From a virus (Duplodnaviria > Caudoviricetes), in IMG/VR virus record IMGVR_UViG_3300006129_000013, positions 1 to 40,833 of that record: a stretch of DNA of 40,833 bases. The stretch is one strand, 5' to 3'. The translations under genes were made by a program, and so were the position numbers. Numbering within the stretch: the first letter of the stretch is position 1; each line of letters starts with the position of its first letter. The notes beneath the pieces were generated by a model. The model was not told the DNA's origin and searched no databases. It worked only from the letters and a program-made list of their open reading frames with translations. Positions 34,362-40,833 of the stretch are shown one piece after another.

Positions 34362-35606
34362 TTACGACGCGGCGGTCGAATAGGTCTTGACGGAGCTGGT
34401 GTCGGCCAGCTGACCGTCGGTGCGGTACAGCGCGCGGAACGACACCAGATCGGTGCCGAATGCGTACTCGTCGGACCGCTCAAACCGCAGCGGCGTGACG
34501 TCGCGGATGAAGTAGCCCTTGAAGTCGCCGAACGCGATGACCGGCTTGGATGCCGCGGTGATCTGCGGCATGTTCGGATCCGGGAACACCGGACGGCCCA
34601 GAATGGTGTCCGGCTGGCCGGCGACCAGAGCGGGTTGCCACAGGTACTGACCGGTGGTGTCCTTGAGCTTGCGAACGACCTTGACGGTCTGGTCATGCAG
34701 AACCCACGACGCCCGCGGACGGTACTGGGGAACGATGCTGTGGTACAGCTCCACCAGCACGTCGCCACCGATATAGGAACCGCTGGTAGGCAGACCAACG
34801 AGCGAACCGGTGCCGGTGGCGGCTTGGACGGCCACAGTGGCCGCGCCGGTGAACCCGGTCGGCTGCGTGGTGCCGGTGCCGGCCACATAGGCGGTGTCGG
34901 CGGCGATGCCGATCAGCATGCCGGCCTCGGATGCGACGAAACCGGCCACATCGAAGCCCTCGTCGTTGAGCAGTTCATGGCTGATCTGCACCAGGACGCC
35001 GAGCTTGTAGGCGCCGAGGGTGACAGCGGACAGCGTCGGATCGGACGCACTGATGGCGCCACCCTCCGCGGTCCACTTCGCGGTGCCGTAGGCGGTCGAG
35101 CGCGGCACGGCGAGCGGCTCGCCCGAGCTGGTGGAGAACACCGTCGGGTTGGCCTGCCGGATGGTGCTGGTGTCGATCAGGTAGCGGTAGAGCTGACCGA
35201 CGAACGAGGTCGGCAGCGGCACGTTGCTGTCGAGCAGGCTGCGCTGCTCCACCGTGCTGGTCGGCCAGTTGACGTTGAAGCCGGTGCCGGGGCTGGACTT
35301 GGCCAGCTTGCGCAGCTCGGCGCCGTAGTCGATGGCCGGGGCGGCGTTCGGGGCGATGCGGGGATCGACCTTGCGGGACTCGAGTTCCTCCATCGCGGCG
35401 GCGGCGTCCTTGTCGCGCTGCTCACCCTTGAGGATGCTGGAGATTCGCTCGTCGAGCTTGGTGAGTTCGGCGTTGGCCTCATCCCACTGACGCTCTTCCT
35501 CGCCGGTCATGGACCGCTTCTCTTCGGCAGCAGCTTCGGCGACAGCCTTGGCCTGCTCCCAGGTGCTGAGTCGCTGCTCGCGCAGCTTGTTAACCAATGC
35601 GCTCAT
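34362..35606 (-). CDS. major capsid protein, HK97 fold with delta domain
   Basis: Coiled-coil N-terminus; AYKLGVLVQISHELL, KLKDTTGQYLWQP, ILGRPV, FGDF. Confidence 0.96.
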   Translation of the reverse strand: MSALVNKLREQRLSTWEQAKAVAEAAAEEKRSMTGEEERQWDEANAELTKLDERISSILKGEQRDKDAAAAMEELESRKVDPRIAPNAAPAIDYGAELRKLAKSSPGTGFNVNWPTSTVEQRSLLDSNVPLPTSFVGQLYRYLIDTSTIRQANPTVFSTSSGEPLAVPRSTAYGTAKWTAEGGAISASDPTLSAVTLGAYKLGVLVQISHELLNDEGFDVAGFVASEAGMLIGIAADTAYVAGTGTTQPTGFTGAATVAVQAATGTGSLVGLPTSGSYIGGDVLVELYHSIVPQYRPRASWVLHDQTVKVVRKLKDTTGQYLWQPALVAGQPDTILGRPVFPDPNMPQITAASKPVIAFGDFKGYFIRDVTPLRFERSDEYAFGTDLVSFRALYRTDGQLADTSSVKTYSTAAS

Positions 35607-35766
35607 TGCGCACGTCCTTTCGGGGGAATGGTTTTGTATTCGGGGTGTGTTTCGAGGTGGTCGCGGCCTGCCTCGGGTGGTTGTGCGCCACGCGCACGGT
35701 GCAGATCGGGGTCGGTGGATGGTAAAGTCCTGCCGATCACCCGTTCTGGCGTTGGGCTGAAATCTG

Positions 35767-36690
35767 TTAGGCGACGATGGGATCGTCGGCGCGGCGGCCG
35801 AGGATTTCCATCAGCGCCGCCGGTCCGAACTTGCCGCTGTAACGGCTCTCGGACTCGGTGGCTTCCGGCTCCACGGTCGGCTCGTCATCATCCGACTCGG
35901 ACTCGGCCGGCTCGGTGATCGGTTCCAGATCGGGAATGATCAGGCCGCTGCGGTTGTCGGTGCGGATGAAGAAGCTGCGCAACTCGTCGCGCTGGGCGCG
36001 CTCAATGACGTCCTCGATCGGGACGTCCATGTGGCGGGCCAGTGACCGCAGGCCGGGGGTGGCCAGTGACCGGACGCCGACGGTGGCATCCGGGTAGGCG
36101 GGGTTGGTCACCGGGGCGACATCAATCAGCCGCGCCGACAACAGCATCCGCACCGGGTAACCGGAATCGTCGTGCGACCAGTCATCCTCATAGGCCTGAA
36201 ACGCGAACGAGCTGTGCGCGATGTCGCCGCGCTCGGTCATCTCATAGACGTCGTTGCGGCACTGTGGGACGTCCACCTCGTACTGCAGGCCGTTGCCGTC
36301 GATGCTCAGACGGCACGTTCCGGCGCGGGTGGTGCCGAGCAGCAGATCGTCGCTGTGGTTGAACCGGCAGATCACACCGGGGAAGCCGTCGGCGCGGGAC
36401 TTGTTAAACGTCTTGGGGTCCAGCACTTCATGGAAGCCGCCGAGGTTGACGCTGCGCTTACCGAACACCGCGGCATAACCGCCGATGGTGCGGGTGTCGC
36501 GGCTGCGGACCTCGACGCGCGATCCTTTGGTCTCGAAGCCGCGGAAGTTGCTAACATACAGCATCTCCACATCCGGCGGTGCGTTTCTGAATTCGGGCGC
36601 CGACTCCAGCGGGGCGTCTGCCGGCATGTCGTTAGGGGTTGCCTTCCTTGGCTCCCAAGGCGCTTCGGACATGGCATCTCTCCTTGGCAT
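35767..36690 (-). CDS. HK97-family prohead protease
   Basis: IGGYAAVF, FNH, LGTT, SSFAF, DVAPVTNPAYPDA. Start at 36690 or 36672. Confidence 0.92.
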   Translation of the reverse strand: MPRRDAMSEAPWEPRKATPNDMPADAPLESAPEFRNAPPDVEMLYVSNFRGFETKGSRVEVRSRDTRTIGGYAAVFGKRSVNLGGFHEVLDPKTFNKSRADGFPGVICRFNHSDDLLLGTTRAGTCRLSIDGNGLQYEVDVPQCRNDVYEMTERGDIAHSSFAFQAYEDDWSHDDSGYPVRMLLSARLIDVAPVTNPAYPDATVGVRSLATPGLRSLARHMDVPIEDVIERAQRDELRSFFIRTDNRSGLIIPDLEPITEPAESESDDDEPTVEPEATESESRYSGKFGPAALMEILGRRADDPIVA

Positions 36691-36694
36691 GTTG

Positions 36695-37162
36695 TCAGTT
36701 CTCCAGTGACGCGCGCAGCATCCATGAATGCTTGCGGTGCTGGTCTTGGCGGTCGGCCATGAAGTTGGATAGGCCGTGTTCGTGGTACTGCTCGGCGAGG
36801 TCGAACACGGCGGCGAACAGGTCGGCCAGTGCGTCGCTGTCGGCCAGCAGTGTGCGGTAGATGTCTTCCACCGGGACGGTGTCGGATGGCCAGTCCTCAA
36901 TGATGGTCAGGTCGTCCATCTTCTCCAGGCCCGACGGGACAAAACACTGGCACCTGCGCAGGTTTTCGGCGAAGTCGTCAATGGATTTGCCTACTTCTTT
37001 GTAAATCCGATTGAACAGCAGGTGATCCTGGTAGAACAGGCGGCCTTGGACGTTCCAGTGGGCGTTCTGTGTTTTGATCAGGAACGCATACTCGCTGGCG
37101 AACGCGGTGCGCAGCGCGGAGAACAGTTCGGCGGTGTCCAATGTGTCAATCCCTCTTGTCAA
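36695..37162 (-). CDS. dps: Dps / ferritin-like protein
   Basis: KTQNAHWNVQGRLFYQDHLLF..IY.E....D.FAE.LR and KHSWML, the Dps signatures. Confidence 0.88.
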   Translation of the reverse strand: MTRGIDTLDTAELFSALRTAFASEYAFLIKTQNAHWNVQGRLFYQDHLLFNRIYKEVGKSIDDFAENLRRCQCFVPSGLEKMDDLTIIEDWPSDTVPVEDIYRTLLADSDALADLFAAVFDLAEQYHEHGLSNFMADRQDQHRKHSWMLRASLEN

Positions 37163-38511
37163 TTCGGCACGCCGATGACGCCGTGACCGTTGACGGCGCG
37201 GATTACATTCAGCAGCGACCGCTGCTGGCCGTCGTCTTCGGCTGCGTCGTCGGTTTCGCCGGCGTCGGTGGGCTCGGGCGTGATTTCACCGTCGGAGGCC
37301 TGCGCAGTCGCCGTCGCGGCGGCGGCGGGCCGATACGGCGGCACCAGCTCTGATGCCAATCCGCCGATCGGTGGAAGGTCATTGCTGCGCCGCACCTCGT
37401 CCTGCGACTTCCACGGCGGCGGCTGATAACCCAGGCTCATCTGATCGACCTGCGCCTTGGTGACCTGATCCATCCGCAGCAGCTCGTCGGTGACGAACTT
37501 GACGAACGTCCCGCGCGGGAACAGATTCGACAGGACCGCCTCGAGGCGCACCAGCCACGGTCGCAGCGAGAACGTCAGGAAGTTCAGCGCGTTCATGCTG
37601 ACCGTGTTGTAGGTCAGGGATCCGCCCGTCTGGCCGCCCAGCATCTCCGCGGGCAGCCCGTAGATCACGGCCAAGTGGTTGGCGGTCAGTTGCGCGGTCT
37701 CGACGAAACGCGCCTCGGACGGATTGACGCCGATCGGGGTGTACTCCCAGTCCGAGCCGAGTACCAGGGGCTTGCGTTGCTGCAGCCTCGAGGTGATCCG
37801 CGCGGTCATAATGTCGGCGTCTTCTTTGGAGATCTTCTGCGTGCTGTTCTTCAGCGTCCCCGGAGGAACGCCGCCGTTGAGGAACCATGCCGAGGCGTAA
37901 TCCTGCGCACCCAGGCCGACATTGGCGATCGTCTGGTACGCGCCGATCGGCGACAGGCCGCGCACCTTGTACGGCAGTGCAAACCACGGGATGTGCACGA
38001 TGTCGGTGCGGTCGATCTGCCGGCCGCGCCAGTACCACAGCGGGTTCATGTAGCTTCCCGGCCCGGTGGAATCACCGGCGGATCCCGAGGTGTCATACGG
38101 CGACTGTCCGGCGCTGCCGTCCATGCACGTCACCTGATCGGGGTTGAGCCATTCGACCATCGTCGGGAAGCCGTAGTAGTTGCGCTGCGTCACATAGCCG
38201 ACGGCGTCGCCCCATAGGCACATGGAGTGCACGGCGCGCTGCAGCCAGTCGAACAGGGTGCCGTTGACCGACGGGTTGACGAACAGCGACGGCGTCGACA
38301 TTTTCGTCCACACGTCGTCGTTGTCCACGGTGTACAGCGCCGGGGTCAGCGAGGCGATGTTGTCGCCGAGCACGCGCGCGGCACCGAATACCGGCACCAG
38401 TGATAGGGCGCGCTCCACGCCGACGGAGACATACGGCGGCGGGCCGCCGGTGTCCCAAGGCCAGCCGGTAAATGATCGCTGCTCGCCGGTCAGGCGCGAT
38501 AGCAAGTTCAT
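37159..38511 (-). CDS. portal protein, HK97 family
   Basis: LWGDA, DIVHIP, GLSPI, FLNGGVPPG, ARFVET, LRPWLVRLE, DEVR. Confidence 0.94.
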   Translation of the reverse strand: MNLLSRLTGEQRSFTGWPWDTGGPPPYVSVGVERALSLVPVFGAARVLGDNIASLTPALYTVDNDDVWTKMSTPSLFVNPSVNGTLFDWLQRAVHSMCLWGDAVGYVTQRNYYGFPTMVEWLNPDQVTCMDGSAGQSPYDTSGSAGDSTGPGSYMNPLWYWRGRQIDRTDIVHIPWFALPYKVRGLSPIGAYQTIANVGLGAQDYASAWFLNGGVPPGTLKNSTQKISKEDADIMTARITSRLQQRKPLVLGSDWEYTPIGVNPSEARFVETAQLTANHLAVIYGLPAEMLGGQTGGSLTYNTVSMNALNFLTFSLRPWLVRLEAVLSNLFPRGTFVKFVTDELLRMDQVTKAQVDQMSLGYQPPPWKSQDEVRRSNDLPPIGGLASELVPPYRPAAAATATAQASDGEITPEPTDAGETDDAAEDDGQQRSLLNVIRAVNGHGVIGVPN

Positions 38512-38702
38512 TCGGCTTCTTTCCCGCCACGTTCAGACAGCAATGCCACGCCGGCGCCGGTCACGCCGAGCGCCAACAGGATGCCGCCGGTGATCAGCGC
38601 CCACGCCAAACCGGCGATGATCGCCACACCGGCGACAATCAGACCGAATCCGGCGAAGACGCCCACGGCGACACCGAGGCATACTGCCTGTAGTGCGGTC
38701 AC
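38508..38702 (-). CDS. small membrane protein
   Basis: Two hydrophobic segments; the usual position between terminase and portal. Confidence 0.7.
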   Translation of the reverse strand: MTALQAVCLGVAVGVFAGFGLIVAGVAIIAGLAWALITGGILLALGVTGAGVALLSERGGKEAE

Positions 38703-38708
38703 CAGCGA

Positions 38709-38855
38709 CTAGATGATGTAGCTGTCGGCAGTCGGTGGGCCGTCGGGGAACTGCACCGGGCGCGGTAGGAATGCGTCGTCAGCCGTCAGTTGCGGCGGCT
38801 GCACATCCGAGCACATGGTCACCGTCAGCGCCACTTCGGGATCGGGTGCGGTCAC
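38709..38855 (-). CDS. possible 48-aa protein
   Basis: Own translation VTAPDPEVALTVTMCSDVQPPQLTADDAFLPRPVQFPDGPPTADSYII; GTGA overlap. Confidence 0.45.
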   Translation of the reverse strand: MTAPDPEVALTVTMCSDVQPPQLTADDAFLPRPVQFPDGPPTADSYII

Positions 38856-39046
38856 AGCGACGTCGCATCCCCGAGACCGGCCTCGATCACGTCGAAGGCT
38901 GCGGTGGTGGGTGCCGGCGCGTTGGTCGACGGCAGGCTGGTCGGGGCGACGTAAGGATCCTGATCGACCACCGCGAGATGCGGTGTCGGGGCCGGGTATC
39001 CGCCGGGAACGGCATCGCCTCCGGGTGTGGGCACAGTGATGGCCAT
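38852..39046 (-). CDS. small Pro/Thr-rich protein
   Basis: GAAAGGGAG RBS upstream. Confidence 0.6.
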   Translation of the reverse strand: MAITVPTPGGDAVPGGYPAPTPHLAVVDQDPYVAPTSLPSTNAPAPTTAAFDVIEAGLGDATSL

Positions 39047-39084
39047 TGTTCTCCCTTTCTCGGAGTTAGAGGTGATCCCGTTCT

Positions 39085-40518
39085 CTACCAGACAGAATCA
39101 AGAACGGAATATGAGTGATCCAGCAGTCCCCACCGGTAGAACGCTGCCGAGCAGGCCACCAACGGGGAAATGTCGACGGTCTGATCGCGGCGGTCCCATG
39201 TTTCGGTTTCGCCGGTGTAGCGGGTGCGCGCATGCGCCAGTGCGGTGTCCAGCTCGCCTTGGCCGACGTGTGCGATCGTCTTGGACTTCACGGCTTCCTG
39301 AAACGCCGCGCAGGCCGCGCCCATGTCCTGCGCGCTGAGCTTGACGAACTCCACGCCGGCCTTGATGAGATCGGGTTGCAGAGCCTTGGCCTGTCCGGTG
39401 GTGACCAGGCCGACCTCGGCGACATCGCGGGACTCCACCAGCTCGGCCACTTTTGCGGCGACCCAGTCGGTTCCGGGTGCCGAGTAGCACAGCACCAGCG
39501 TGGTGTCGTCGACCGACTCACACTTGCCGGCCACCCCGATGCAGGACCATTTGCGGTCCGGTGCGACATCGACCACCAACGCCACCCGCAGCGGCGGTTC
39601 GGCGGCGGCCCTGGCCAATCGAGACCAGCGATCCATGTTGAACACGGCAACATCGTCGGCATCCCACACGCCGAGCCCTTCACGCATCCACGACTCGGTG
39701 GTCAACTTCTTGCGCAGCCGCAGCATCGACGTCAGCGGGGTGCGATGAGGAAAGCTCGGGTTGGCCTTCGCCCACTGTTTGCGGTCGTCGGGGTTGGACT
39801 TCTCATCCGCGCCGCATTCGATCCACACGATGTCGTTGGCTTCCCCAGACAGCGCGTCCTTGCGCATCCGCTGAAACGCCTCAGACGGATCTTCCGGCTT
39901 CGGTGGCGTTCCCATGAATAGCGGCAACGCATTCGCCGAGGTGTTCATCGTGGCCAGCATGTTGTCCAGGGCGCGATCGGTCAGGATCTGCGCCTCGTCG
40001 CACACCAGCACGTCCACGCCGGCGAAACCACGGCCAAAGCCGCGCTCACGGGCGCCGAACAGGATGCGGGATCCGTTGAGAAACCGGATCTCCTCGTCCC
40101 CGGATCCTTTGTAGACCGCGTCGATGTGCGGCATGATCTTGCGGCGCCGCGCGAAACCCTGCATCGACAGGAACGTCTCGCCTGCGGTGCGGGAATGATG
40201 CGCCGTCCAGATCACCGTCAATCCCGGCGACAGGGTGCACAGCGCGAACACGATCGCGCCGACCAGATAGGTCTTGCCGACCTGGCGTGGCAGCGACATC
40301 CCGATTCCGCCGACCGTGGCGGCGTACTTGCCGTCGAGTGTCTTGGACAGGATCAGCCGTCCGGCGCCGACCTGCCAGCCGTCGAACTCCAGACCCATGT
40401 CGCGGCAACGCTTCTCCACTGCGGGCCAGCCCGTCGAGGCGATCCCCGCCGGCTGCACCACATGGCGCGAAACCTCAGATAGCCGAGTCGTCCCACGCTT
40501 CGTCGTCGGCTGCGCCAT
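39085..40518 (-). CDS. terL: terminase large subunit
   Basis: Walker A PRQVGKT, Walker B VLVCDEAQ, MGTPP, WAKANPS, DISPLVA. Confidence 0.95.
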   Translation of the reverse strand: MAQPTTKRGTTRLSEVSRHVVQPAGIASTGWPAVEKRCRDMGLEFDGWQVGAGRLILSKTLDGKYAATVGGIGMSLPRQVGKTYLVGAIVFALCTLSPGLTVIWTAHHSRTAGETFLSMQGFARRRKIMPHIDAVYKGSGDEEIRFLNGSRILFGARERGFGRGFAGVDVLVCDEAQILTDRALDNMLATMNTSANALPLFMGTPPKPEDPSEAFQRMRKDALSGEANDIVWIECGADEKSNPDDRKQWAKANPSFPHRTPLTSMLRLRKKLTTESWMREGLGVWDADDVAVFNMDRWSRLARAAAEPPLRVALVVDVAPDRKWSCIGVAGKCESVDDTTLVLCYSAPGTDWVAAKVAELVESRDVAEVGLVTTGQAKALQPDLIKAGVEFVKLSAQDMGAACAAFQEAVKSKTIAHVGQGELDTALAHARTRYTGETETWDRRDQTVDISPLVACSAAFYRWGLLDHSYSVLDSVW

Positions 40519-40777
40519 TCTCCTCAATGTCCTGCTTGGTGCGAAGGTCGATCGTCTCGATCTCCTTGGCGATGTCCTGCAAGCGCCGGGTCAGCGCCGC
40601 CAGATCCCGCGGCGGGCAGTCTGGGTCGGACACCGCCTTGGCGATCCGTTCACGCATGGCCACCAGCAGATCGCGATGACTGCCGGTGGCGGCGGCCTGC
40701 ATCACCGACTTCGCGGCGACTGTTTTCGGTGCCGATTCGTCCGGTTTCACTGCGCGCAGGCCAGGTTTGGCGGCCAT
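40475..40777 (-). CDS. terS: terminase small subunit
   Basis: Overlaps terL; RDLAALTRRLQDIAKEIE; GAGGAGG RBS. Confidence 0.82.
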   Translation of the reverse strand: MAAKPGLRAVKPDESAPKTVAAKSVMQAAATGSHRDLLVAMRERIAKAVSDPDCPPRDLAALTRRLQDIAKEIETIDLRTKQDIEENGAADDEAWDDSAI

Positions 40778-40833
40778 TCGACACCTCCTCGCCGGTGGTT
40801 GATGGGAAAACGCGGTAGATAGATTCTGGCCAC

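Noticed and set aside
34272-35918. Long + strand ORFs (e.g. 548 aa opposite the capsid; also 16653-17774, 8066-8794, 5987-6745, 39115-39921)
   Set aside because: Antisense shadows of well-supported minus-strand genes, common in high-GC DNA, with no recognisable motifs.

Overview
About 40.8 kb of a GC-rich temperate siphovirus genome, most likely a Mycobacterium phage (lysin B, mycobacteriophage-type tail genes, tRNA-Arg att core). Almost all genes are on the minus strand. From right to left: terminase small/large, portal, a Dps/ferritin gene, prohead protease, HK97 capsid, a glycosyltransferase, head-tail connectors, major tail, tail chaperones, tape measure, minor tail genes, a long fibre/tailspike cluster with a beta-helix depolymerase, an expanded lysis region, a metallophosphoesterase, attP, tyrosine integrase, repressor (+ strand), Xis/Cro-like HTH, small early genes and RecE/RecT. 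Phage genes flank both sides of a tRNA 3'-half, so this is an intact attP and not an integrated prophage end. The top hit is at 1510-2904: a non-coding array of 47 GGC units (43 GGC-NN pentamers with variable NN, punctuated by four GGC-A tetramers), then a hairpin, a stand-alone Cas7/RAMP-like gene and a coupled partner gene. This is a candidate minimal RNA-guided system with a non-contiguous guide code. The second hit is a 55-nt frame-breaking hairpin insert in a conserved minor tail gene (candidate ribosomal bypass). Also notable are an apparent ATT start for the tape measure gene and a +1-type chaperone frameshift. All product calls come from motif recognition and synteny; no database searches were run.
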